A stretch of DNA of 63,724 bases, counting the filler, from Platydemus manokwari (Eukaryota), in the NCBI GenBank assembly GCA_037951405.1. It is 5 parts of 5 records of this genome, joined end to end, with 100 filler letters (N's around TTAATTAATTAA, not from the genome) between each part and the next. Parts side by side here need not be neighbours in the genome. Positions count along the whole stretch, not along the records: positions 47,156 to 63,724 come from JBBMOY011162546.1; 4 more parts are not named here. The stretch is one strand, 5' to 3'. Positions within the stretch are counted from its first letter, which is position 1, and each line of letters opens with the position of its first letter. The translations under genes were made by a program, and so were the position numbers. Shown in pieces: positions 47,951 through 61,989 of the stretch. The notes beneath the pieces were generated by a model. It was not told the origin of the DNA and did no database searches. It worked only from the letters and a program-made list of their open reading frames with translations.

Positions 47951-50876
47951 GAAGAGACAGCCAAGAACAGATTAATCTAAAGCCAGCAAGAATAAAGGTT
48001 ATGTTAACTAACATTAAAGTTTATCATAACTATTGGATTGAAGCCATATCAGAAACGAAGATGATCGAGAATATCAATCCAAAAAAAGATTTAAGGTGAC
48101 AATTATATACTTTAATAAAATACCATGTAAAAGTGAAGAAAAAATATGAATTTGGAATCCTACTAAAAATAGAACAGTGGAAATCCAAATATTTACTTTC
48201 ACTAAAATTATTTTTTAACAAGTTATTTATATTAATTAAACTCAGTTTTCACTCGGGCACCAAATATTATGGTTAGGTTGTGAGTGATGTTTTTTTGATG
48301 ATGTTATTTTATTTTATTCAACAGCATGAGTTCTAAATTTTATATAGATAAAGCTTTATTTTATTTAATGACACAACAATGACTCAGTTATTAGAATAAG
48401 ATTTATTTTGAGAAATCAAAATAACATACAATTTAACTCAGACCAATGTAACTTAATAAACAAATCGGCAAGATTATCTAGCAAGAAACCCAAGAACGTT
48501 GGGTTGTTCTTAAAAATTTTTGATATAGATTTTATTATATTATTTTGGATATATGAACCAAAAAGTCTGTTCCTTTTGAATGTAAATTATTATGTTTATT
48601 TATCAAAAATTATTCTTTTACCGAAAGATATTATTGAACTTTACCAAAGATTAAAAATTAATAGTTTAAAATTTCGATAGCTAAAATTTCGAACTGATGA
48701 ATTTAACCAGATTTCCAACTCTAGATTTTTGAATTGATCCTTTTAAGTGTTGACTTATAAGGTTGTCGATGTGTGATACTTCGTACCGTGATTTTTATGG
48801 AATATTTTAAAATTCAATGAATTTTAAATGATTATTATTCTGATCTAACTGAAATCTAACTAATGCCATTTTGATATTAAAATTTTTTAATTTTTAATTA
48901 TTTTTTAAAATTAATTTATTTCTATTGATTTTTTCGTTTCATTGATTTAATTTATTATCAAAAATTTAACTTATAAATTTAATTCATATAAATAGTAATA
49001 TTTTTTTACAAATGATCATAAAAATCACATCAATATTTATCAAATAATTATAAACAAATAAAATGTTTCAGATTTAGATTTGCCGTTGATTACATAAACT
49101 AAAGATAATTAATGGTCAAGTGTTTTGATAATAGTCAAATATTTCACGAAAGAGTCAAAATCAAATATTCACAAATTTTTATAAAATATTACGATCTGGA
49201 ATAGTTGCTGAGATTTTGGAATTCGTAGATTTGCAGTATCTGTGATTTGAATTTCCCCTAACCTGAAACATCCAAACCCACGTTTCACCTCTTCTTTCCC
49301 ATGTCTTTTGCTTCTCCTTCCAAATCTTTTTTAGATTGGGTCACTACCGCCAGATGATTGGGTCTCTATTGGTCTTTTAAATTCCTCAATAGTTAAACCC
49401 TGTTTTCCATAGTTGAGTGGTTTGGAATTTTATTCAACACCGATGAAGAATTATTTAACCCTGATGATATTATTGATGAACATTTTCATATTTAAAGTCA
49501 TATTTACTTTCAGAAAGTGATCTCAATGATCAAGTACGAGTTTTAAAACCTTCATACATATTCTTCGAAAAGAATATACTTTAAGGTTAGATTTCCTTAT
49601 ATGTAAATCAATATATTTATTAAATTATGTAATTTATTATCACCAACCTCATGCCGTAGTTCGTTATCAGAAGGATTTACTAAAATATTATTCTGCCTAT
49701 TGGACTTTGAGGTTTCACTGCTGGAAAATGCATCGAACTCAATAGATAATTCAAGATAATCGTCAACTATCATGCTCATTTCTTCATATTTATCGTAAAA
49801 CGAGGATTGTGAAAATATTCTCGATTATCAAATTAACTAAGTTTTCTCCTAATTGTTCTACATCATTGTGATACTGCATTTATAGCTATTATTGTGGATG
49901 CTCATCTTGTTGCTGAATGTTTTGTCAAATGTTCATAAACATCATTGTTCAACCACATTTATAAGATTAGGTTTGTTAGTTTTTTTTAATAGGCTATTTG
50001 TATTATTATTATTAATAATAATTTTTTCTATTATTGAAGTTCAAATGATCAATCTGGGAAAGTCATTCTCAAGCTTTAGGGAATAACAGAGATTGATTAT
50101 TAGAATTCCAGAAGAATTTGACAAAACATGCAATATTAATCGCTCAAATATTCACTACTTCGGAGCCCAGGGAAAAACAGAAAATGGTGATTCAATGCAG
50201 ATGAATTTGTATAGAACCAGCCCAAATTCAATACCATGGAAATGTCAATACAATTTCTAAAGAAACCGGTTGATTAGTCATTCCCTTGATTGTGATCTTT
50301 AGTCAATTTTATTCGTTAGTCTGATATCGGTACCTTTTCTTGATTCCTTATCAAACCTTTTTATAGGTCCATTTTCCATATCGCTAAAGCTGCTCTCTAT
50401 TTCACTATTTATCGAATCTTATTCAATTTAAATTTTTTCTGTTATATCAATAAATTTTCAACTGTGGTTATTATTATTGTAGTTATTCATGCTATGTCTT
50501 TGAATAAAATATTGTAACTAAAAATAAAATATCAAATTATTCGTGGTATAGTGTATTATAAAAAGAATAAAATTGGATATATTGAAATTTTCCGCGGGAA
50601 AGAAAATTTTATCCTGATATTATGTTCACAGCGGTTATAAAACCATTCAATATATTTCCGAAATTCCATATAAAAATAAATTAATTAAAACTGGTTAATA
50701 GACTATAATTATACTTTTCCTTTGACTACCTGATAATAATTTATTGGTCGATTAAGGTGAAATATGTCATTAACGATAAATGTCATAGCGATGTGTTATT
50801 ATTTCCTTTGATTGGAGGAGAATTATTCAAACAATATATTTAAACAAACTAATAGTAAATCAACTCATTTTATGAT

Positions 50877-51938
50877 ATGAAAATTAACGATTCAACATTA
50901 TCATTATTCTGTGTCACTGATAATATTGCATTTTCAAATTTGTGTATTTATTTTTTGAGATGGTATCTGCCACTTGTTACTTCAATAGGATTATTGGGCA
51001 CAGTGTTCTGTTTGATTTTCCTGTATTTATCGAAACTGTTCTCCAAATCAATGTTACTATGGTTGGTTAGTATATCCATTGGAGATTTGATGATTATGAG
51101 TATAGAAACATCTTGGATGATTGGTAAGGTTTATTTTAACTTTGACTTTAGAGACTTGAATGATATATTCTGTGTTCTGCATACGTCTCTTTCAAATTAT
51201 TTTTTTTATTGGTCAGCGTATATGCAAACTCTCATGTCAATACAAAGATGCATATATACCATTTTTCCACTTCGAGCACGTTATATATTTCCTTATAAGC
51301 GAACGTTAATCATCTGGAGTACAGTAACCATTATATTAATTGTTCCTCATATCTATTATTTTATTTATTGGAGAGTACGAAATGGAGACTGTGATCCACC
51401 AGCGAAAACTAATTTTGAATTTACCTCTATATGTGATATGATTATTTGGGGTATCATACCATTAAGCACTATGACAGTTTCTACGGCAATAATTTGTTGG
51501 ACACTTCGAGAGCCTGTGGAATCAAAGATTAAGATCCATATTATTTCTATTAACAGTTTATGTGGAGAATTCAATTTGCAACCTACTAATCAAGTTCAAG
51601 TAAACAAGAATAATAATAAAGAATTAAACGTAACCTCTCCTCAAAAACGAAATCCTAAAAGAGAAGCTGCTATTCATGCCACTTATTTATTGATTTCAAT
51701 GAATATCTGGTATATTATCACTACTTACCCATTACTTATTTATTTTATGATTCTTAATTTTGCAACTGCACAATTTATTTCGAGTTCTAGTCATAAATTT
51801 TACTACTATTTATTTAGATCGATTTGCTATCTAAATGCATGTAGCAATTGGATATTTTATTGTGCTGCTGGAAAAGAATTTAGAAAACGAACCGCTGAAA
51901 TAGCTTTACATATTTTAGATAAAATTCAATGTAAATGA
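50877..51938 (+). CDS. intronless orphan rhodopsin-like GPCR, peptide-receptor-like, 353 aa
   Basis: N-terminal NDS sequon, 7 TM, SISIGDL (TM2 Asp), IFCVL, MSIQRCIYTIFPLR (DRY as QRC), NGDCDP in ECL2, TTYP in TM6, NACSNWIFYCAAGKEFR. Confidence 0.92.
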   Translation: MKINDSTLSLFCVTDNIAFSNLCIYFLRWYLPLVTSIGLLGTVFCLIFLYLSKLFSKSMLLWLVSISIGDLMIMSIETSWMIGKVYFNFDFRDLNDIFCVLHTSLSNYFFYWSAYMQTLMSIQRCIYTIFPLRARYIFPYKRTLIIWSTVTIILIVPHIYYFIYWRVRNGDCDPPAKTNFEFTSICDMIIWGIIPLSTMTVSTAIICWTLREPVESKIKIHIISINSLCGEFNLQPTNQVQVNKNNNKELNVTSPQKRNPKREAAIHATYLLISMNIWYIITTYPLLIYFMILNFATAQFISSSSHKFYYYLFRSICYLNACSNWIFYCAAGKEFRKRTAEIALHILDKIQCK

Positions 51939-52499
51939 TATAATTTTATTTTCAATTTAACTTTCCTTTGGTGATAATTTTGAAATGAATTTATCAATTT
52001 ATTTAATTTGTCTGTTGAAGTGTAAATTCAGATATTTATTTTTGCCAATTCTTTGTTAATTGATAAAATGCCTTTTGAGAATAATTTAAATATCTCGTCC
52101 AATTAAGACAAATTGCAATATTTCGCCAATAAAATACATTTTAATATGAACTTATACTTAGTTTAACAAAATATAAAAATCTCAAACAGAAAAGTTAAAA
52201 TTCTTATATCGTAGGAGGTTTTTGTTTAACATTCTAAGTTTTAAAAAATTTGCAACTTTTCCGGTGTCTTGTAGAATTTTATTATTGAATTTATAACATT
52301 GTATTATCAACATTATCTGACCCTCAGATAGTATTTAAACCTATAAAGATATTCTTTCGTTTCGACACCCATCAACTTGTGTGGAGACAGTGAATGGCGT
52401 AAAATAAAGTTTTTATTCTTGACACTAATTCTAACACCTGTTGGAACTTTAGGTTGTTTCATTCGAATCCCGTTCGATGTTACGATAGATTCTTTTATT

Positions 52500-55300
52500 A
52501 TTATATTCAACTCTTTTATTTACTAGAACTATACTATACCATTGACAGATCCCGAAAAAGTGGTGAATTGGCAGTGATGTGACACTTTATGATGAGAACC
52601 TATGACACTCGTCAAATACGTTTTAATTAAATGTTTTTTATAAAACGTTTCTGAATGATATAAAATTACTACTTTTATCAACGATAGTTGTACACAATAT
52701 GAACGACAATTATTTAGGGACAATTCTCTTAAGTTTATGATTAATTTGAGCTTTAAGACCATTGAGGTAAAAACCAGATATAAGAATGAGACTAACTCTA
52801 TAAAAAAGAAGACTTTATGAGCGTATATGGGCTATTGAAACTATAAAACCTTTCTACTTCTGGGTACGCTTAGTAATGAATTGGCTTTTGGCTTTGAAAC
52901 TGCTTCAATTAATGCACTTGCTTTTCTAATAATTTCGCCTTACTATTTTAACTGTGACAGGCTGTTAAGGAAACTGACTTTTCTCAACCTATTTATATAG
53001 TTGGGTTTATGCAGGCTTATTCAAGGAATATAATATTTTTCAGTATTTTTATTTCCTTTCAATTTTTTCCAATATAATTGTTGCCCTATAAGTTTATATC
53101 GTGGATAAATACGAGCTGTAATGTGAATTTTATTATATTTTATGTATAGGGTCTTATAATAAAAGAGTTGTTTATTTTTACCTATTTCGAGATGATACAG
53201 GTTTATCGAGACAATTTCTATATTTAATTATGAATATATTTCGCACACAACCGAGACTTAAAATAATTTAAGGAGCTATATTCAATAGTTTCAAAATAAT
53301 CACTCTAAAATAGAAAATAATGATAAATTTGCAAAATACAACGTCAATCAATATCATATAAAGACTCATGATAATAGACGCCTTAAAAAGCCACCGAGTG
53401 ACTCTGAAGTACGGATAAAGATAACATGTAGAATCTGAGCTAGTACAAAGATAAAATTCATGTTTCAAGGGAAAAATACAATAAAAAAAATTATCAGGTA
53501 TTATACCCTTAAATGATTGCATGAATTGAAATCTAAGATATATTTAAATCATGCGTAACAATGATAATGATACATGACAATGAAATTAATGGAACGGTCA
53601 TGTATTTGAAACCATTACTCAGCTAATTATAAAATCTTTCATTCGATAGAACCAAGTATAAACTATTACGAAACAGGTCTATCAAATGATTACATGTTGG
53701 AATTTCACATTCTCCTGCCACAAACTCTCGCTATTCTAAGAGGAAAAGAAACAAATTACTAAATAACTATAGAAGGATATCAGAAAATTAGGAAATCAAT
53801 CCGAAACTCATTTTGAAAATGTCTACCAAGTTTCGAAATAAACATGAAACTTTATATTATTTATATTAATCAATGCTTTAAAAAAATCAATTACTCAAAA
53901 TTGGAAAAAGTTACTATCCGGCAATGAATAATTTGAAGAAATACTGAAAATTATTTGGAAATAAAGATAATATACAATAAAAAGAAATAACCTAAATAAA
54001 AAAGTGATGCCATTTGAAGAAAACATTGGAAATCTTATTTAGATAAAAGAACCTATTATCAGACTATTAGAATAAGAAAATGAAAAAATTAAAGAAATAA
54101 CCAAGATAGAAATAATTAAGTCACAAAATGACTAACAAGGTAAACAAGAAATTGTTGAGCATAATAGAAAAAGCCAACGAGGATCAAAGATATAGCTAAA
54201 CAAACCAAGTGCAATAAAATCCACGAAGAATATATGTAGGATTAAGTAAAATTAAGTAAATGCTTACTTAAAACCCATATCAATTGTCAATAAAGAAAAA
54301 TAATTTTTAAAATAAATATGATAATTTAAAGAGAAAAAATCTAATGGAAAAGTGAAATTTGTAAGGAGGTTGTGGAATGAAGACATTTGTAAACTGCTAG
54401 AAAGTACATTCATTGTATCCTCTAAGTAAAACCTAAAATCATGATTATGTTTAACTAACTATTCCACAGAAGAAATTAATACTAATTTCACCGAATCCAA
54501 TTGTCTGCTTCAGCCAATTATGCAAAGTACAGACGAAAACGTTAGCTTAAACTGTTATCGACGAAATCTCACTATAAAAATAAATACATTAATAAATATT
54601 CTTAAAGTAACGAAAATTTAGAAGAATCATTTCCAGCAAAAAATATTAGACTACAAAAATACCTTGAATTGAAATTAAATAACAACCAAATCCAATAGTC
54701 TAAGTTTCGAATTCTCAGATTTTTAATACGTGATATGTTCATTACCGATATACTTCAAAATACTAACAAAAATCTTTAATAATGTTAGTGGGTCAGTCGA
54801 GGTAGGATAAAGTAATAGTGGTTGCAAGTAAATTATAAGTTTTAAAAATATTAATAAAAATACAAGAGCAGACTCACGGAATTAATTGTTTTTTGAATAA
54901 TTTATAAAGATTATCAAGTTGGCTAGTTAGGTAAATAAAGCAAAGTAAATTTTATCAAACTTCTGGAACTCGATAACAGATCAACAAAAATTTTGAAAAG
55001 AAAACTAACAACGCCAGAGTTTATATTTCCTAAATTAAAATTGCTAATAAACCTAATATGTGAAAATTTCATTCAAATGCTGCCAATGTAGCTGCTAAGG
55101 TTTTAAAACTCTCCGGGCCAACTATCATAATAAATTAGTAAAAAATTAAATAGGAGCTCTTATTGAAATAAAGATAAGAAGCCTTTCAAAACAATAAAGA
55201 ATATATGGAACTTGTAACAGAAGATTATGCCTCCACTATCACCGATATTAAATACACATTTAATGCAATGGGGTAATTGATTATATTAATTTAAATATCT
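52500..55300 (+). mobile_element. possible highly decayed non-LTR retrotransposon (LINE)
   Basis: Scattered plus-strand fragments: YTIDRSRKSGELAV (endonuclease-like), LRGKETN..NNYR, LKLNNNQI..KFRIL; A-rich strand bias. No intact motif. Confidence 0.3.
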
Positions 55301-57726
55301 GAGAGTAAAATGATAAATAATCACTGGATTAAACCATTTCATTGGAAATTTTAGTAAGGCAAGTATCAAAGTGCAACAACACAGAGTGGTCATAAAAAAA
55401 TATCAAAAACTTTGTAACATTTATTATTTAATAATATCTTGATCTTATTCATATCATAATCAACAATAAATCCTTAAGTCTATTGAGAATATGTAAATCA
55501 AGTTTATCTAGCAACGCAACAATCATATTTTTTTATTTTTAAATATTAATAATATCCGATGATACCTTTATCAATTTAAATTAGAAAAAATGTGCAAAAT
55601 ATTTATTATCTATAACGAATATTGGAAATTTCTCAACAATATTTTTATTCACATTCTGTCTATATTGAATGTACATTGACCAGAACACAATGATCGCGTT
55701 GTTCAAATAATATTGTTTTGAAACAGCGAGATCTTAAAAAATTAATAACAGTTAGCCTTCTTTTTTCTTTTTCAGTTCGAATTTATTAATCAATAATGTT
55801 TGCACTTTATTCGTACAAATATAAATCTTTTAGGTTTCTTAAGTGTATTTGTTGGCATTTCACATTATGTATATTTAAAACAACAATTTTAGCATTTTAA
55901 AGGTGATATTAGAAAAACATTTCATCTTGATGGTGCGAAATTTCATAAGCGTGTTTATAAAAACATGGTTTTTAAAATAATATTTCACCAAACTGTCTAT
56001 CAAATAAATTTCCAAGTCAATTTTACATACAAGTTATGATTAGTTTCAAAACTGTATTGCTTATTGCTACAGATTCATATAGAGTTAAATTTTAAAAGAA
56101 AAATCAGAAAAGAAGAAATGCAGTTTTGCATCACTTTCGAATTTTCTTTGTAAAATTTTGTACTGCTAGCTTTACTATATAGTAATCTTAATAACGAACT
56201 TTATTTAAATCTCTGGGGATATTATTTTTAATAATTGAAATGTTTTTTTAAAATCATTTAAATATTTATGGATTAAAAATATATTATATTCTACAAGTTA
56301 CTACATAATTACGGGTACTTGACAATTAGGTACAACTATAATTATGGTGAATTCGAATATTTAGCTAGAGGTTTAGATAATCTAAATAATTTAATAATCA
56401 ATTTCGAGAATTCGTAATATGATTTTGACTGCAATTTGATTTATTATCCATATTAGTTATCTGCTAATGATGAATATTCAAAATTGTAATTATAATCACA
56501 AGGTTACACTTTAAAATCAAATTTTCAAAATTTGCATTCTAAATCGCGCTAAAAGGGACAAAGTCAATTAACGATTTGGAACGGGATCAGCACCGGAAAG
56601 ATAGATCAGTGACAGAAATAACGACCACAAAAGTCGGTCATCATAATGATCTCACAAGAAATAAAACAGTGTATTACCAACCATGTGAAACTCAACTTCA
56701 ACTCTTATCATGAACTTGTCATGTGTGTTTGCCTGATGTCTTGTAGCTTTACCTTTACATATTTTATCCTTTTTCTTATAATCTTGATTTATTCTTTATA
56801 GTAAACTATGATATTTTCTGGCTTGTGGTATTTTAGCTTCGGAGAATGGGAGTCTGATACTCTAAAGCCATAGGATTGGATTTATTGATTCATTTCACCT
56901 CAAATAAATCAATCATGGAAATATTTTAAAATGAGAGGAAACTGGAAACATTATTCTAATATCCAAATTAACAAAACCAGAATTAGTGTTCTGATACAAT
57001 GAGCCGTAGATGATTTAGGAAGTCTTAGTAAAAGATGAGATAAAACTAGAGAAACAAGTCTATAGATTACACAATAATAGAAAATGTAAGAGCATTTATT
57101 AAACAAATATTTTAAGTAGGAATCCATAAAAGAACACTCCAGTTTTAGAATGCAAAAATGAAAACATTTACCTAGATATTTGGATTCTGACTAATTAGAG
57201 AAATTCTTTTCTAGAGCTTCTAGGCTACTAGGCTACAGTACAAATAGTAATTGTATCATTTAGGTGAATAATAGTTTAAAAGCTCAGTAAGTATTATTTT
57301 TCAATTTAAAAAGTCGGTACGAAAGAGAAAATTATCAATCATCTTAAATTGAAACCAAAAGGTGCTGTGCCCGCAGACACCAAAGGCATCAGATAACCCG
57401 GAAACAATGTATTTTGCAACTACTGTTGATAAAATTTTCGTTTCAAATATCACAGCTTGGTACAAAGGCAAATTCCTCAAGAACCAATATTAAACTTTCA
57501 AAAATTAAATACGATCATACAAGTATCTGATAAATGTTAAAAATAATCGAACTTAAATAAATGGTGGTTATTCCAAATTGCGTAATATAATGAATGGTCG
57601 ACCAATTCTTGGAATAAAATAAAATAAAACATTTTATGTAATAGGCTTCGGTAAGAAAATTACTTAATCATTTTTTACTAATATCTCTGCTTAACTGATG
57701 CAGATAATTTAGGTAATTAATTTTAA

Positions 57727-60135
57727 CACTAAACTTACCGACATATTATATATACCTATTTCTACCGATGGTTGTCAAATGACCGCTTTTGAAATAAACA
57801 TTATACTCTTTTCCAGTTGATTGTAATTAATACAGAATTTAGCATAAACAATAAACACAAAATAATTATCATATAATAATTAAAAATATTTATTTTTCGA
57901 GCTTTAGGAGTACATTTTTAGAAAGCAGGCTCAAAACTGAAAAATTATTACTTCAGTAATTTACATGCATATCCTTATTCAAACTAAAATAAAATTTATT
58001 CGTTGTCACACTTTTTACAGATGACGGGTCTCTCTTGTAAACGTTTTCCACAAACATATTTTTTACATGTTGAACAAATGTTTATGGTTTTGTTTTTTTT
58101 TGCAAAATCCAATTTGACACGTTTTTCGTCTTTCAGAAAATGTGGTGGAAACTGCTGAAGTTTTCGCCATACTTTCCATTTTTACTTGTTCATGATTATC
58201 GTGGTATTCGGTGACAAGTTCCTCTGCCAACTGAAATAAAAATTCTTGTCGCGATATCCTTTCTCCAGTTGCTTGCTTATGCAAAATCTAAGCATTTATA
58301 GCAGCTAAATCCAGAATGTTGAAAAATACCTGGACAAGCCATCTATTAGATTTAGATTTTGTGCTGTAACTTCTAGCCATTTGATCCGTTATATCAGCGC
58401 CAAATTTGTTGTTATTATAAAAAAGCAATAATTTTTGGTATATATTTACCTGTTTCTTCAATTTTTACATATTTATGCTTCGAACTTAGTAAGAGAACTT
58501 TTCTGTTCGGCTTTATTTTGTAAATTGTTAGAGTACAATTATTTAATTTGAAAAGCTGCGTTGAAAAACGTGCCATTTTGTCTTTCTTTTCTTTTGCAGG
58601 TTTGGGTAATTCCCTCTTATTCACCGGAATAGTTCTTACTAAGGTAGTTCTTTTTGATAAAAGTTTTGTTGCTAAAGATGTGCTCGTAAAAAAATATCGG
58701 TGGTTATCTTTCGTCCGCACCCTATAAATGGTTTAGTGAGTTTGAGAACAACAAATTCACCAAGTGGTATTGCTGATGGCCTCGTCTCATTTTTTCCCAA
58801 ATACGGAAATCCATTCACAATATATTTACTTTCAACGTCAAATGCCAACCAGAACTTGATTCCAAACTTAACGGGTTTATTTGGCATATATTGTGTAAAT
58901 CGGCACCTTAATTTTGTTGCAAAATAGCTGTTCATCAACAGTAATATTTGCACCTGGTTTGTAGCAGTTTTGAATATTTTCTATAAATGCATTCCATACC
59001 TTGGAGATGAGAGCAAATTTGTCAGTCTGCAGACACTGGCTCCGCTCGCTTCTTCTATCAAAATGAATAAATCGTATAATTTCTGTGAAACGATTTCTGT
59101 TCATTGTTCCTGAAAAAAATGCAGGACCCCATTTCCTATTCCATAAATATGAAACGTTCAAGTTTCTTATTTCATATGCACCACGTGCATATTCTGATTC
59201 TATGCACATTTTTATATGACTCATAATTCCTTGGTCAAGTATCAACGAAAATGCACTCCTTACTTTGCCCTTCATAATGTTGCGTTTTGCATATCATGTT
59301 GGCCCTGATATTTCTCTGAAAATTATATGAAGCGGAGATCTTCCAGGTTCAAAACCTTGATGAATTTTTTGCCAAACAGTTCCATCAACTGAAGTTTCAA
59401 TATTCTGATTGTTTTCTTTACATTTATCTTCTGAGCTGAAGAACAATCTCATTCTTTTTCGTCCCCTACGGGTGTTCACAATGTTCTTTTCCTCATTATC
59501 AGTGTCGAATAGCTCAGAGTCAGTGTATAATGGATCATATATACTATCCTCACTCCCAGAATTTTCTTCTTCATATACTTAAGAGTATAGTTCGTTTATA
59601 TTATTTATTTTTTCCAGCAATTTCCTTTGCATTTACATTTTAGAGCTAAATTTTTGAATTTGTGTTTGAATAATTCACCAATAAACTAACGAAATTAGTA
59701 CTTACTATTTTTATTTGTTTATTACCCGGAGTTTGTAGTCTATTTTATTATTACAAATAGAATTACTCAAGTCGCAAATATTTATAATGCCGCGTATAAA
59801 GCCAGTAATCTAATTTGAATGATCACTATTTTGCCTCAACTCGTGAGTTACCAGCAGTCGTTCTGTTTTTGTGTTAAGTTTGAAATTTCAATACAGATAA
59901 CTTCATAAAATCTCATATATTCTAGCGGTCATTTGACCGCTCAGGGTAGACAACGGTAGAATACATATTATTATCAAAAAAACGAAAGAAGAAGAGAAAT
60001 ATATATTGAAAAATTAAACAGCTATATATTATAGAAAAAGTCGTGCAGTAAGTTCAAGAAAAATAAAAACCTGGAATTTAACAATTTTGATTAAAGTCTC
60101 AAAACGGTCATTTGACCGCTCTAGTAGGTATAGTG
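57727..60135 (-). mobile_element. full-length but inactive piggyBac element
   Basis: TTAA|CACTAAACTTAC ... GTAGGTATAGTG|CTAA termini; subterminal repeat gcggtcatttgaccgc at 57774-57787 (inverted), 59924-59941 and 60105-60120. Confidence 0.92.
57996..59632 (-). pseudogene. piggyBac transposase pseudogene (frameshifts, stops, deletion)
   Basis: ITVDEQLF, YMPNKPVKFGIKFW, ITTD, KFGADITDQM (DDD triad) and C-terminal Cys-rich tail split across several ORFs. Confidence 0.9.
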
Positions 60136-60810
60136 CTAAGATGGAAGACTAATAATTGAGTAAGAAGGACGGAGACTAATAAGAAAAAATATTTATGTAG
60201 ACTAGATAACATATGAGAATAACATAAATTCCAAAATTCAATAAAAGCCTTTGGAAAGAATCATCATTTGTTAAAGTAATGGAAGAGTGAAAAGAAAAAA
60301 ATATTTTTTGGAAAACAACAAGTTTACCAAAGAAAGATTTGTTAGTCATATGATCAACCCAAAAAATACACAGGAATAATGCAACTGAGATACTGATTAA
60401 AACTATTATTGGCTCCAATGATAACTCTCAGTTAACGTAACAAGTACAGGAAATCTCTTCACTGAATTCAACTGGCAGTCACTTTCACAATAGAAATATC
60501 ATTAAATAACACTTTCTCTGGTCTCAAATAGTAATTACCCATATTCATAACATAGATTATAATCATGAGTTACTTGTGATTGACTTTTATTTAATGTTCT
60601 AGTTGTTCCTGTTACAACTAACTTTATTGATTCATCTCTATAAAAGTGTTATTATGTATTCATGTTTTTTATCAAATTAAAATTTTGATTATACATTGAT
60701 TCTAGTATATTTTATTGTTTAACTAAACTTAATCCTATTTGATACAACTACTGTCTTAATCAGTCTCTATCAGCTCTTGATTAAGGCCACAGGTATAATC
60801 TAACTTATAT

Positions 60811-61809
60811 TGATGTTCATTCACCTCGCACAGCCTTATTGTGTGAAGATAATAGGTGTGACAGTAGCGATATATTTTAACTTAACTTAACTATCAGTCT
60901 CAAAATTATCTAAACCTATTTAAACTATTAACTATATTTTTTACAATTGATTACAAACTATGATTTTATGATTCCTATATAATTAATAACTAAAACTTAA
61001 TGCTACAAATGTTTATTAAATATAGCAACAATAGTAAAAAAAAATTACAGATTGATTTTAAAACTAAACTATACATTGAATAAAAAAATGGTACTAGACT
61101 ACCTCACAATTCCAGAACAAAAAATACATCCAACTCTAAGAGTAAAATCAGGTTACCTTTCTTCAGAGGGTTTTGTGAGCACAGCTCTATAGTAAGATAA
61201 TATACGACACAATATATAATATAAATCAGTATTTTACAGGTATGGGTCTTACTTTAGGTCTTCCAGTAAAATACCGGGCATATACGGGAATATTGTTCTT
61301 CTGCACCAGATGATCTTCTACTGTGTGTCGAATTGGAATTTAAATTATGAGTCTTCTCCAATTGATGTAGCGTATAACGTCGTGTTAGCAAATGTGAAAT
61401 TGTGGGCAATGAAATTAATTGCCGTATTGATTGTGATTACTGCCTTATATAGGCAGTGTGAATCACTCGCAGATATTGTCTGCGATTCAATCTAATACCA
61501 GTGAATTTATTTTATCAATAGAATTTATTTACTGGTGATAGAAAATCTCTCTGAATAAATTTATTAGACAGAGAAAATATCTCTCGATTAAATTTAATCG
61601 AGTGATTATTTTATTCTGTGATAGAATTTCATGTGCGAAAATAGATGGAAATTTATTTGTCGCTGTTAATGCGCGATATCTCGTTGTGTATTGATATTTT
61701 ATAAATTAATTTATTATTTTAGGGAATTTCAACGAGTTTACTATTGGTGGTTTTATTAATATTAATTACTATTTTACGTTTATATAAATAGTAATGATTA
61801 TAAATATCA
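60811..61809. mobile_element. putative solo LTR (~1 kb) related to 28776-29606
   Basis: Termini TGATGTT...AATATCA, ATAT on both flanks, shared internal motifs tcttccagta(g)aaaatac(t/c)ggg(t/c)atat and cttatat(a)ggcag. Boundaries less certain in AT-rich DNA. Confidence 0.55.
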
Positions 61810-61989
61810 ATATTTCAAACTGGTCTTTGCTCAGAAATTCCAAAGTATCAAAATATAAAATAATACACATTGATTAAATAAAAATTAATACATATTTTAT
61901 ACGTACTGTTATGCAAATGTATTCACATATTTTTTGTAATGTAAATTAATTGTTGTAAATAACTTGTTGGGCCCTAACCCCAACAAGTT

